64,000 bases of DNA from Candidatus Latescibacterota bacterium (GTDB lineage Bacteria > Latescibacterota > UBA2968), in contig OZ220741.1 of assembly GCA_965116885.1 (NCBI GenBank), forward strand, positions 2,976,001-3,040,000. The letters run 5' to 3'. Positions 18,108 through 27,055 of the stretch are shown piece by piece. Within the stretch, counting starts at the first letter, position 1; each line of letters starts with the position of its first letter. The translations under genes and the position numbers were made by a program. The notes under the pieces were generated by a model, which saw nothing but the letters and a program-made list of their open reading frames with translations, was not told the DNA's origin and did no database searches.

Positions 18108-19292
18108 TCAATTTAATGGGTTTTCTTGTTTTCCATATAGGCGATAGAGGCCCACACCGCAGGCGAGTGCGCCGATACAAAATAAGACGGAGATGCCAAA
18201 GGGCCAGATGGGACCCCAGTCGATGAGTTTTCCACCGCCGAGGCTACCGGAGAGCATGCCCAGGCTCCAGGCGAGGTGGGCTGCGCCGACGACGCGGCCT
18301 TTTTCGTCTTCGCGGGCGATTAATTGTATGAGGCCCGGCATGGTGGTCGATAGAGACCAGGCCGAGGCAGTTGCGAGAATGCCAAAGGCATAAATACCAG
18401 TAAGGGTGTGCGCGGTCAGGGCAAGGCCGAGGGCGCTGATGGCGACGAGTGATGCGGAGACGAGGATGGGACGCCAGCGCCCAATGCGGTCGCAAAGCCG
18501 ACCGGTGAGGACCTGAAAACAAGCTGCGATGATCAGGCTGATGGCACTGTAATTCGTGGCTGCGGTGCTGGTGCCCGCGATGCGAAAGATGAGCAGGGGC
18601 AGGAGCAGGGTGACGGCGCCCCAATAGCTGGTGGGCAGGTAGCGGATGCCCAACAGGAGGCATACGTCGAGACGGCGGAATAGTTGAATGAGTGCGGATA
18701 GGTTGCGGCTATTGTCGGCAGATTTTGGCGAGGGGATCGCAGGGAGGGTCAGGATGCTCATCAGGACGAGCACTACCCCTGCGAGTGTGATGCAAAAACC
18801 GAGGGTTTGAAATCCATACGCATCGGCGATGGGGCCAGAGAGAAAATTTCCCGAAGCCGAGCCGAGGGTGTTGCCGAGAAAATAACCTGCTGATGCGATG
18901 CCGATGACAGAGGATGGGGCTGCGCTGATGAGATAGCTTTGTCCTCCGGCGCTGTTAAATCCGGATGAGATGCCGATGCCGGTACACAGGGCAGTCAGGA
19001 GGAGAGGGTCGCCGCTGTAAAAAATAACGCCGGCGAGAATAGGGCCCAAAGTGCCGAGGATGTAAACGGGTTTGACACCCCAGGTATCGGCAAGGCGGCC
19101 CGCAGGTACGGCAAAGACACCGCCTAAAATGAGAAATGCTGCGCGCAATCCCCCGGAAAAGAGGGGTGTGCCGAGGAGGTCTGCTTCGACATATACGGGG
19201 AGGAGGGTGTTGAGGGGGGCAGAGACAAAGCTGCTGAAAAAGGAGACAATGAGCAGGGCGATGAAACGGCGATTGAGGAGTTCGGAATACAT
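18108..19292 (-). CDS. MFS transporter
   Basis: About 12 hydrophobic helices; motif A copies GRLADTWG and GRLCDRIGR. Confidence 0.88.
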   Translation of the reverse strand: MYSELLNRRFIALLIVSFFSSFVSAPLNTLLPVYVEADLLGTPLFSGGLRAAFLILGGVFAVPAGRLADTWGVKPVYILGTLGPILAGVIFYSGDPLLLTALCTGIGISSGFNSAGGQSYLISAAPSSVIGIASAGYFLGNTLGSASGNFLSGPIADAYGFQTLGFCITLAGVVLVLMSILTLPAIPSPKSADNSRNLSALIQLFRRLDVCLLLGIRYLPTSYWGAVTLLLPLLIFRIAGTSTAATNYSAISLIIAACFQVLTGRLCDRIGRWRPILVSASLVAISALGLALTAHTLTGIYAFGILATASAWSLSTTMPGLIQLIAREDEKGRVVGAAHLAWSLGMLSGSLGGGKLIDWGPIWPFGISVLFCIGALACGVGLYRLYGKQENPLN

Positions 19293-19317
19293 TTTTTAAT
19301 TTTTTTTATTTTCGCCC

Positions 19318-19348
19318 TTGACTCTCCAGTTACTGGAAGGTGTATATT
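19318..19348 (+). promoter_or_regulatory. MerR-type promoter/operator
   Basis: TTGACT, 19-bp spacer containing dyad TCCAG-TTA-CTGGA, then TATATT. Confidence 0.85.
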
Positions 19349-19393
19349 GTCGGTTGAAGGCCTTCACACACCCGTATCACATGGAGAGAATCC

Positions 19394-20197
19394 ATGCTCA
19401 AAATAGGAGAATTTTCCAGGCTTGTCAACGTGCCGGTCAAGACGTTGCGTTACTACGATGAAATCGGTTTGTTCAAATCCGATTATATCGATGAGCAAAC
19501 CGGCTATCGCTTTTACTCATTCGAGCAACTTCCGCGGCTCAATCGCCTGCTGGCGCTCAAAGACCTGGGGATGTCGCTGAGCCAGATTGATCAAATGTTG
19601 AAAGAAAATCTTTCGGCTGATCAACTGCGCGATATGCTTTCGCAGAAACAGGTCGAACTCGAAGATCTTGCCAGAGATATACGGGAACGCATTGCCCGCG
19701 TGGAAGCCCGACTGAGTCTTATCGAAATGGAGGATAAAATGCCAGATTATGAAGTTGTCACCAAAACAGTTGATCCGGTTCTGGTCGCTTCCAAACAGGG
19801 GGCCGTTCCACACTTTGCTGCCATCGGCTCTGTGATGGACCGCCTGTACAATGGGGTTGTCGCCCATGTTGTGAAACACAAGGGACAATTTGCGGGCCCG
19901 GGCATTACGGTATGGCATGAAAATTTTAAACCCGAGGCAAACATACCGATTAAAAAAGCCATACCAGAAGGTGATGATGTCAAGGTCCACGAGTTGCCGG
20001 GTGATCAAATGGCGTGCCTGGTGCATCACGGAGGTTTTGAAGGTTTTCCTCTGGCCTATCAAGCGGGCGTTCAGTGGATTGAGGCCAATGGCTATGAGAT
20101 CACCGGACCGAGCCGGGAAGTGTATTTGCAATTTAGACCCGATGGCAATCCAAAGGATTATGTGACGGAGATACAGTTTCCCGTGGCAAAAGTATGA
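19394..20197 (+). CDS. MerR family regulator with GyrI-like effector domain (BmrR-like)
   Basis: IGEFS...TLRYYDEIGL...TGYRFY; C-terminal REVYL...YVTEIQFPV. Confidence 0.92.
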   Translation: MLKIGEFSRLVNVPVKTLRYYDEIGLFKSDYIDEQTGYRFYSFEQLPRLNRLLALKDLGMSLSQIDQMLKENLSADQLRDMLSQKQVELEDLARDIRERIARVEARLSLIEMEDKMPDYEVVTKTVDPVLVASKQGAVPHFAAIGSVMDRLYNGVVAHVVKHKGQFAGPGITVWHENFKPEANIPIKKAIPEGDDVKVHELPGDQMACLVHHGGFEGFPLAYQAGVQWIEANGYEITGPSREVYLQFRPDGNPKDYVTEIQFPVAKV

Positions 20198-20219
20198 GTT
20201 TGAAAGTGCAACATTAGAG

Positions 20220-20254
20220 AAATACCGGGATGGTTTTGTGTCCCGGTATTTTTT
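20220..20254. terminator. Intrinsic terminator
   Basis: aaataccggga-N10-tcccggtatttttt between convergent genes. Confidence 0.75.
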
Positions 20255-20282
20255 GTAGGGGTGGGTTTTAAACCCGCCCGTA
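20255..20282 (+). repeat. GTAG-type REP element
   Basis: gtag gggtgggttt ta aacccgccc gta; overlaps the stop codon of the minus-strand ORF. Confidence 0.6.
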
Positions 20283-21005
20283 TATGAAGTCCGATTTAAA
20301 TTTTTCGATGCAGTCGTGGCGGCTGCCTTCAAAGAGGTAGATTTTGCCGCGTATGGTCGCGGTTTCTTCGGGCGCGAGGGCGCCTGCGCGAATCGATTGG
20401 TGCATGCAGCGCCAGGGGTTGTGACCCTGAACGGAGAGAAAGTCTGCCCAGGCTATGCCCGCCACCCATGTGCGATCTGTGGATTCGCGTATCAGAATGC
20501 CGCCTGTGGCATTGATGGGCGATGTGGGCCATTTGTCAGACCAGACGGTTTCGGTATCTATTGCGTTGCGATAGGTGTGGTTGTAGTGTATGTCGCGATG
20601 GATGAGGGGGACCAGGCCTTCTTCGGCGAGGAAATAGGTGCGCTCGTGGTCGTCGTCAAAAAATGCCGGGGTTTCGGAGACTTCGGGCTGTTTGCCAGGG
20701 TTAAAGCAGGGAATGATCGCGGCAATTTCGGGCCATGTGCGGTCGGTTTTGTTGGTGATGGAGAGTAGTAGATCCGCTCCATTTTCACGCCCTGTGACGT
20801 TGAGGCGCAGGCCGAGGTTGGGGTGTTCGAGGACACCCGCATTGTCGTCCAGTGTTTTTTGCGGTACATGCGCGCCACCTGTGTGCTGGCCCAGATGTAC
20901 GGCTTCAAACATGTTCCATTCGTAGAACCAGAGGTACATGGTCAGATCATCTCGTCCATCGGGCGCGAATGAAAATCCGCGTCGCCATTTATTTAATGTG
21001 ATCAT
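20268..21005 (-). CDS. Hypothetical protein
   Basis: 245-aa ORF filling the gap, protein-like composition, no motif recognised. Confidence 0.6.
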   Translation of the reverse strand: MITLNKWRRGFSFAPDGRDDLTMYLWFYEWNMFEAVHLGQHTGGAHVPQKTLDDNAGVLEHPNLGLRLNVTGRENGADLLLSITNKTDRTWPEIAAIIPCFNPGKQPEVSETPAFFDDDHERTYFLAEEGLVPLIHRDIHYNHTYRNAIDTETVWSDKWPTSPINATGGILIRESTDRTWVAGIAWADFLSVQGHNPWRCMHQSIRAGALAPEETATIRGKIYLFEGSRHDCIEKFKSDFIYGRV

Positions 21006-21020
21006 TTTTTTAGTTTTTAG

Positions 21021-21209
21021 TAGTCAGTAGTCAGTAGTCAGTTGGCCCACTCAACCGTCCAACCTACCAGCCCCCAGTCCCTTGCCTTTCATCCTGCCTA
21101 TTTCCCTATCTGCAACTTTTCCAACCGACACAGCTTATTTTTGCTCCAATTCTCTGCCCTACGGGTTTTATCCTGCTTATCCTTTCATCCTGCCTATCCT
21201 GATTCAGAC
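21021..21209. repeat. Intergenic repeat cluster: (TAGTCAG)x3, a minus-strand GTAG REP-like element (21041-21067) and ATCCTG-type 9-mer repeats
   Basis: tagtcag x3; reverse complement gtag gttgg...ccaac; tatcctgct tatcctttc atcctgcc tatcctgat. Confidence 0.6.
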
Positions 21210-21973
21210 GATATTTTTGCCATGTCATTGGGCATGAAAATTTCGTGGCGCTCGGGGTCGGAGTAGCCTTCGATTTCCATGTGGGTGACGCCGGGGCTTT
21301 CGATAGCGGCTTTGACAATGTGTTTGTTAAATGTGCTGACAATTTCGCTGGAGAGATACTCTGAGACGGGCAACCAGAGGCATTCTTCGATTTCTTCAGC
21401 CTGTATGGAAATGTTTTCGCTCAGGGGCGAGAGGCGGCAGACAAAGTAGATGTCCGATTTGTCGTAGCGGTAGCCGTGCCAGTGCCGGAAGCAGACCAGT
21501 TTTTCAAATTTTGTACGCACGCCGGTTTCTTCAAAGACTTCGCGCTGGACGCAGTCGGCAATGTGTTCGCCCGGATGCAGAGCGCCTCCGGGTAGTTTGT
21601 AATATGGCGATTCAGAGCGGCGGTGCAATTCGCTGACGACCAGGAGTTCTGCGCGCTCGTTGATGACGACTCCACCAGCGCCAATGTAATGCGTGGCGTA
21701 TTCGGGTATGAGGGCGTTGGGTTCGAGGCGTTTGGTGAGTAAAAGATAATCTGTTCCCGAGTGGTGAAATGTGAATCCCGATTGTGTTGCCACTGGAATG
21801 AGCGCGGCCCGTTCAATGGGGATGTTGATCCAGACGACCTTAAATGCCTCGCGTTTCCACTCCTGGAGAGATGCTGAGAGGCGCGTGCGAAATTCCTCGG
21901 GATCAGGTGGCAGTGCTGATGGATCGAGTTCAATGCCCTGAAAGCGATTTGGCGTGGCTTCGAGTATTTGCAT
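21194..21973 (-). CDS. Nudix hydrolase with NUDT6/AtNUDT-like N-terminal domain
   Basis: Nudix box PGGALHPGEHIADCVQREVFEETGV; N-terminal SLQEW...VWINIP...GFTFHH. Confidence 0.88.
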   Translation of the reverse strand: MQILEATPNRFQGIELDPSALPPDPEEFRTRLSASLQEWKREAFKVVWINIPIERAALIPVATQSGFTFHHSGTDYLLLTKRLEPNALIPEYATHYIGAGGVVINERAELLVVSELHRRSESPYYKLPGGALHPGEHIADCVQREVFEETGVRTKFEKLVCFRHWHGYRYDKSDIYFVCRLSPLSENISIQAEEIEECLWLPVSEYLSSEIVSTFNKHIVKAAIESPGVTHMEIEGYSDPERHEIFMPNDMAKISSESG

Positions 21974-22232
21974 AGATACCTCGTTCAAAAGTATCCGCAG
22001 ATGACGCAGATGGAAAATCAAAATATGTGCTGTGTAAGCCAGTTACACAATAGGGGAGTGTGAACCGGCACATGGTAAGGAACATCACAAAATCGGGCAA
22101 GGGATTTGCGGTGGGCAGTTCTACTTGACAGCGGTTATGGGGACAATCATATTGAATGAAGTACAAAATGATGCGCGAGGTTGAAACAGTTGATGGGGTG
22201 AAGGCGTTAAAAGGCAACCGAGGAGGGGTAAC

Positions 22233-23429
22233 ATGGTGTCTATTTTTGAACAGTTGGGCGTAAGAACCATTATCAATGCTGCCGGGCCAGTTACGCGCTT
22301 GAGCGGGGCGCGCATGGATGAGGATGTGATCGATGCTATGCGCGAGGCATCGCAGGTGTGCGTGGATATTGCAGAGCTACAGGCAGGGGCAGGACAGTTG
22401 ATTGCCAGGGTGACAGGTGCCGAAGCCGGATATGTGACATCGGGTGCTGCGGCGGGCCTGGTGCTCGCAACGGCGGCATGTGTTACGGGTATGGATCCGG
22501 GAAAGATGAACCGATTGCCCGATACGTCGGGGATGAAAAATGAGGTGATTATGCCCCGGTCACATCGCAATTTTTACGATCACGCGGTGCGTTCGGTGGG
22601 TGTGACACTCATTGAGGTGGGTATTCCAGACCGATTTAGCGGCGCGGGGCTGCGCGATACAGAAGCTTGGGAAATTGCCGATGCGATAACCGATCAGACC
22701 GCGGCGATTGTCTATGTGGCGCAGTCTTTCGCGCAGCCGCCTTTGCCACAGGTGACGGCTGTGGCGCACAAATGCGGTGTGCCCGTCATTGTCGATGCTG
22801 CAGGACAGTTGCCGCCAGCGGCAAATTTGAAGCGGTTTATCAGCGAGGGTGCCGATGCGGTTTGTTTTAGCGGCGGAAAAACTATTGGCGGGCCTCAAGG
22901 GGCGGGCATTTTGTGCGGTCGCCGCGATCTGATTTCCTCGGCGGCATTGCAGCATCTGGATCTGGATGTGCATTATGATTTGTGGGACCCACCCCCTGAA
23001 TTGATCGATATATCCGCGCTGCCAGGTGCACCGCAGCACGGGATTGGGCGACCGTGCAAGGTGGGAAAAGAGCAGATTGCGGGGCTGATGGTTGCACTGC
23101 AAAAGTTCGTCGCAGAAAGCGACGAGGCGCGGCAGGCACGCTGGTCGCAGTGCCTTCAGAATTTGGCAGATGAGATAAGTGATTTGCCGGGGTGCGATAT
23201 TAGCATGGATGCCTACCGCACAATACCCATTTTGCGGCTCGCGCTTTCTCCGGAGGAAAGAGGCGTGGAAGTGGCGCGGCAGTTAATGGAAGGTGATCCG
23301 AGTATTCATGTTGGTACATCAGGCGTTTACGATGGCGTGTTGATTTTTAATCCCATGTGTTTGTCAGGAGATATGATCAAACCGATTGCCGATCGGTTAA
23401 AAGAGTTAATTACGAGTTGCGATTCGTGA
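22233..23429 (+). CDS. SelA-like PLP-dependent enzyme (DgaE-type family)
   Basis: IINAAG, VTSGAAAG, VIVDAA, FSGGK (PLP lysine), GPQGAG, GIGRPCKVGKE. Confidence 0.82.
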   Translation: MVSIFEQLGVRTIINAAGPVTRLSGARMDEDVIDAMREASQVCVDIAELQAGAGQLIARVTGAEAGYVTSGAAAGLVLATAACVTGMDPGKMNRLPDTSGMKNEVIMPRSHRNFYDHAVRSVGVTLIEVGIPDRFSGAGLRDTEAWEIADAITDQTAAIVYVAQSFAQPPLPQVTAVAHKCGVPVIVDAAGQLPPAANLKRFISEGADAVCFSGGKTIGGPQGAGILCGRRDLISSAALQHLDLDVHYDLWDPPPELIDISALPGAPQHGIGRPCKVGKEQIAGLMVALQKFVAESDEARQARWSQCLQNLADEISDLPGCDISMDAYRTIPILRLALSPEERGVEVARQLMEGDPSIHVGTSGVYDGVLIFNPMCLSGDMIKPIADRLKELITSCDS

Positions 23430-23497
23430 GATTCCCAACCATTGTACGCAGGCTTTGCCTGAGCACTAATTCCCCCATTTTACAAAGGAGGCGTGCC

Positions 23498-24178
23498 ATG
23501 GGTGTTATCACTATTTCAAGGGAATACGGTAGTGATGGCCGTACGGTTGCCCGGAAGGTTGCCGAGGTACTGTCTTATCACAATATAGATAAAGAGTTAC
23601 TCGTTGAGGTGGCGCAAAAAGCCCAGGTGCCCGTGTCAGAAGTCGAACGCTATGACGAACTACCCGAACATCCCGCTCTGAGAATTTTGCGAAAATTTCT
23701 CACGCCCGGATACGCAGATACCCTGACGGGGTTGTCGGAATACGAGTGGTGGGCTGCGGCGACTGTGCCCGAGTTGTCCGACCACCGAGATCAGGCACTG
23801 ATAACCATGGATGAAGAGGTGTACGCGAAGTTGACCGCGGAGGTGGAGATGCAGATGGCCGATCAGGGCGATGTGGTTATATTGGGGAGGGGTGGGCAGG
23901 CTGTCTTGAAAGACCGTGACGATACGTTGCATGTGCGCGTGGTGGCGACGCAGGATTTTAAGCTGGATGTGGTGAAAGACCGCGATCAGTTGACTAATGA
24001 CGAGGATGCAATAAGGCGAATGAGAGGGGTAGATGAACGCCGCAGGACGTACATCAAACGCCATTATAAGGTGAATTGGGATAATCCACATCTATACTCT
24101 GTCATAGTGAATACCGGCTTTCTCGGCGTTGATGGAGCCGTAGATGCGATTGTTTGCGCTGCGCAGAAGGTGTTGTGA
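23498..24178 (+). CDS. Cytidylate kinase-like family protein
   Basis: VITISREYGSDG, VVILGRG, DERRRTY...WDNPHLY; RBS AAGGAGG. Confidence 0.85.
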   Translation: MGVITISREYGSDGRTVARKVAEVLSYHNIDKELLVEVAQKAQVPVSEVERYDELPEHPALRILRKFLTPGYADTLTGLSEYEWWAAATVPELSDHRDQALITMDEEVYAKLTAEVEMQMADQGDVVILGRGGQAVLKDRDDTLHVRVVATQDFKLDVVKDRDQLTNDEDAIRRMRGVDERRRTYIKRHYKVNWDNPHLYSVIVNTGFLGVDGAVDAIVCAAQKVL

Positions 24179-24183
24179 AGCTA

Positions 24184-25596
24184 TCAAAGTCCCATTTCGA
24201 TATACGCCCGTGCGATTTTTTCTATGGCTATGACAAATGCAGCGGTGCGTAAATCCGGCACATTGTCGCGCGATTTGTGGATTTCACTCATGGTTTGATA
24301 GGCGATGCTCATGGTGTCTTCGAGGCCAGAGCGCACGAGGTCCAGTTCATCTGATCCGTAAGAGAGTCTTGCTTTGAGGTGGTCGGGGACGGGTTTGCCG
24401 ACCATTTCTTCCAGGGCGGTGATGATTTGCGCGCCGCGATGTGCTTCGTGGCGTCTGTCGAGGCGTCCAAAGCGGATGTGCGAGAGGTTCTTGATCCATT
24501 CAAAATAAGAAACTGTGACGCCGCCCGCATTGAGGTAGGCGTCGGGGATGATGGTTTTTCCCGCTTTGCACAATACGTTGTCTGCCATGTAAGTGACGGG
24601 ACCGTTGGCCGCTTCTGCAATTACTGGCGCTTTGATGCGTTTGGCATTTTCCAGTGTGATCTGGCCTTCAATGGCGGCTGGTATGAGTACGTCGCATTCT
24701 GCTTCGAGCAGGCTTTTGCCATTTGCAATATAGGTGGCTCCTGGAAAGTGTTTTAATGAACCGCGTTCCGCGCGGTAAGTAGCGGCTTCTTCAACTGAAA
24801 ATCCCTTATCTGACAAAATTGCCCCTTCGCGTTCAATAATGCCGATGATGCGCGCGCCACCTTCTTCTTCGAGATATTTGGTCGCGTGAAAGCCCACATT
24901 GCCCAATCCCTGCACGATTATGCGTTTGCCTTCCAAATTGCCTTCCAGTCCCGCGTTTTTGACGTCTTCCGGGTTGTTAAAAAATTCTTTGATGCCGTAA
25001 AATACACCGCGTCCGGTTGCTTCGACGCGTCCCTGAATGCCACCCTGGGAAAAGGGCTTGCCCGTTGTACAGGCAATGGCGTTGATGTCTTCGGGGTGCA
25101 GGCTGCGATATGTGTCTGCAATCCAGGCCATTTCTCGTTCTCCAGTTCCCATGTCGGGTGCTGGGACGTTGAGAGCCGGATTGATATATCCCTTTTTGAT
25201 CAATTCCTGTGCAAAACGTCGGGTAATGAGTTCGAGTTCATGCTCGTTGTATTCTCGGGGATCAATGCATAGACCACCTTTGGCACCGCCAAAGGGCACA
25301 TCGACGATCGCGCATTTATACGTCATGAGTGCGGCGAGTGCTTCCACGTCATCCTGGCTGACTGTGGGCGCGTAACGGATGCCTCCTTTGACGGGCAAGC
25401 GATGCTCGCTGTGAACCGAGCGCCATCCCGTGAAGATGCGATAGCTGTCGCGGAGTTTGACAAAGAAGCGCACGAGGTAAATGTTGTTGTTGATTTTGAT
25501 CTGGTCGGCCAGTCCCGGGGGCAAATCGAGCGTTGCTACTGCGCGATTAAACATGAGGTCAACGCTTTCTTTAAAGCTGGGTTCAGGTGAGGACAT
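24184..25596 (-). CDS. gdhA: Glutamate dehydrogenase (Glu/Leu/Phe/Val dehydrogenase family)
   Basis: KGGIRY, MTYKCA, VPFGGAKGG, PAPDMGT, TGKP, GLGNVG, EAANGP, NAGGVTVSYFEW. Confidence 0.88.
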   Translation of the reverse strand: MSSPEPSFKESVDLMFNRAVATLDLPPGLADQIKINNNIYLVRFFVKLRDSYRIFTGWRSVHSEHRLPVKGGIRYAPTVSQDDVEALAALMTYKCAIVDVPFGGAKGGLCIDPREYNEHELELITRRFAQELIKKGYINPALNVPAPDMGTGEREMAWIADTYRSLHPEDINAIACTTGKPFSQGGIQGRVEATGRGVFYGIKEFFNNPEDVKNAGLEGNLEGKRIIVQGLGNVGFHATKYLEEEGGARIIGIIEREGAILSDKGFSVEEAATYRAERGSLKHFPGATYIANGKSLLEAECDVLIPAAIEGQITLENAKRIKAPVIAEAANGPVTYMADNVLCKAGKTIIPDAYLNAGGVTVSYFEWIKNLSHIRFGRLDRRHEAHRGAQIITALEEMVGKPVPDHLKARLSYGSDELDLVRSGLEDTMSIAYQTMSEIHKSRDNVPDLRTAAFVIAIEKIARAYIEMGL

Positions 25597-25631
25597 AAGT
25601 ATTTCTCCGGAAATGGTAAGATGAAGTGTTC

Positions 25632-26522
25632 TTATAATAGATGACGCAGGGCAGGCTCAAGGTGGGGATGGGCAAAGGAAAAGCTGGTTTTTTCGAGGCG
25701 TGAAGAGATAACGCGGGTGCTTGCGAGCAGGAGGGCGTCGGCCATTTCGCCCAGTGCGAGTTTGGCGGCAAATGCGGGTAGCGGAAAAATTGTCGGGCGA
25801 GATAAGACGCGACCGAGGGTTTTGGTAAATTCGCGGTTGGTGACAGGTGTTGGAGATACGGCGTTGATTGCGCCGTTGATGGATTCGTTGTCTATTGCAA
25901 AGAGGAATAGAGAGACCAGGTCGTCGAGGGTGATCCAGCTCATGTACTGATTGCCCGATCCGACGATGCCGCCCAATCCCAATTTGAAGGGCAAGAGCAT
26001 TTTGCCGAGTGCCCCGCCTTTGGGGGATAAAACTATGCCAATGCGCGGGTGAACGGTTCGTATGCTGGCTTCTGTGGCGGGTTTGGCGGCGTTTTCCCAG
26101 GCGATGGATACGTCGGGGAGAAAGCCTTCTCCTGGTTGGCTGTCTTCGGTGAGGATTTCGTCGTGGCGGTTGCCGTAATAACCTATGGCAGAAGCGGAGA
26201 TGAAGACTTTTGGCGGCGGAGACATAGATGCGAGTGTTTGGGCGAGCAATGCGGTGCCCTGTACGCGGCTGTCGCGGATGCGCGCCTTTTGCGCTGTAGT
26301 CCATCGTCGAGAGGCGATGTTTTCCCCGGCGAGATGTATGACGCCATCTATGTTGGTGAGGCGCGAGGGATCGAGGGTATTAGAAGATGGATCCCAGGTG
26401 ATTTCATCGTCGTTGTGGGTATTGCGTCGGGTGAGAGATAAGATGCTGTCACCCCGTGTACTCAGTGCGGTTTTGAGTGCCGAGCCGATGAGGCCAGAAG
26501 CACCGGATATCAGGATTTTCAT
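25632..26522 (-). CDS. YfcH-like (TIGR01777) NAD-dependent epimerase
   Basis: GASGLIG, HLAGENI, SRVQGT, SASAIGYYG, GSGNQYMSWI. Confidence 0.88.
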   Translation of the reverse strand: MKILISGASGLIGSALKTALSTRGDSILSLTRRNTHNDDEITWDPSSNTLDPSRLTNIDGVIHLAGENIASRRWTTAQKARIRDSRVQGTALLAQTLASMSPPPKVFISASAIGYYGNRHDEILTEDSQPGEGFLPDVSIAWENAAKPATEASIRTVHPRIGIVLSPKGGALGKMLLPFKLGLGGIVGSGNQYMSWITLDDLVSLFLFAIDNESINGAINAVSPTPVTNREFTKTLGRVLSRPTIFPLPAFAAKLALGEMADALLLASTRVISSRLEKTSFSFAHPHLEPALRHLL

Positions 26523-26535
26523 AATTTTCAACTTT

Positions 26536-26628
26536 CGGGACGGCACAGGGGCCGTCCCCTACGATGATATTGTGGTTTGTTGTAGGGACAACCCCCTGTG
26601 GTTGTCCTGCGACCCCCTGTGGTCGCCC
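26536..26628. repeat. Divergent pair of GTAG-type REP elements plus a partial third copy
   Basis: Minus: gtaggggacggcccctgtgccgtcccg; plus: gtagggacaaccccctgtggttgtcct; then gcgaccccctgtggtcgccc. Confidence 0.75.
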
Positions 26629-26633
26629 GCTGA

Positions 26634-27047
26634 CTACTGTTGATAGAGCATCAGGTAGATGATGACGCCGGTAATTGAGACAAATATCCAACTGGGCCAA
26701 ACCCATCGGGCCAGGCGGCGGTGGCGATTAAATTCGCCTTTGTAGGCTCGCCAGACAAGCGCGATGATGAAGGGCACATTGACAGCGGCGAGGATGATGT
26801 GCGGGATGAGTATGGCAAAGTAGATCGGGCGCGTCCAATCATGGTGTGGATAGGGCACAGAGCCGACCTGACTGTGATAGATGAGGTATGAGGTCAGAAA
26901 GAGAGCCGATAAGATCAACGCTGTGACCATGCATTTCTGGTGCGTTTGGATGTCGCCGCGTTTGATATAGATGAATCCCAACAGAAGAAAGATGGTGCAA
27001 AGTCCGTTGAGAAAGGCGTTTGTTGCGGGCAAGTCTGTGATGGACAT
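26634..27047 (-). CDS. DUF420 family membrane protein
   Basis: LPATNAFLN, FLTSYLIYH, YFAILIPHIILA, HRRLARWVWPSW..VSITGV..Y. Confidence 0.88.
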   Translation of the reverse strand: MSITDLPATNAFLNGLCTIFLLLGFIYIKRGDIQTHQKCMVTALILSALFLTSYLIYHSQVGSVPYPHHDWTRPIYFAILIPHIILAAVNVPFIIALVWRAYKGEFNRHRRLARWVWPSWIFVSITGVIIYLMLYQQ

Positions 27048-27055
27048 ATTTTTGT

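Noticed and set aside
22233..23429. Selenocysteine synthase selA
   Set aside because: The length and the FSGGK/GIGRPCKVGKE motifs fit the SelA-like DgaE-type family; no selB, selC or selD is in the window.
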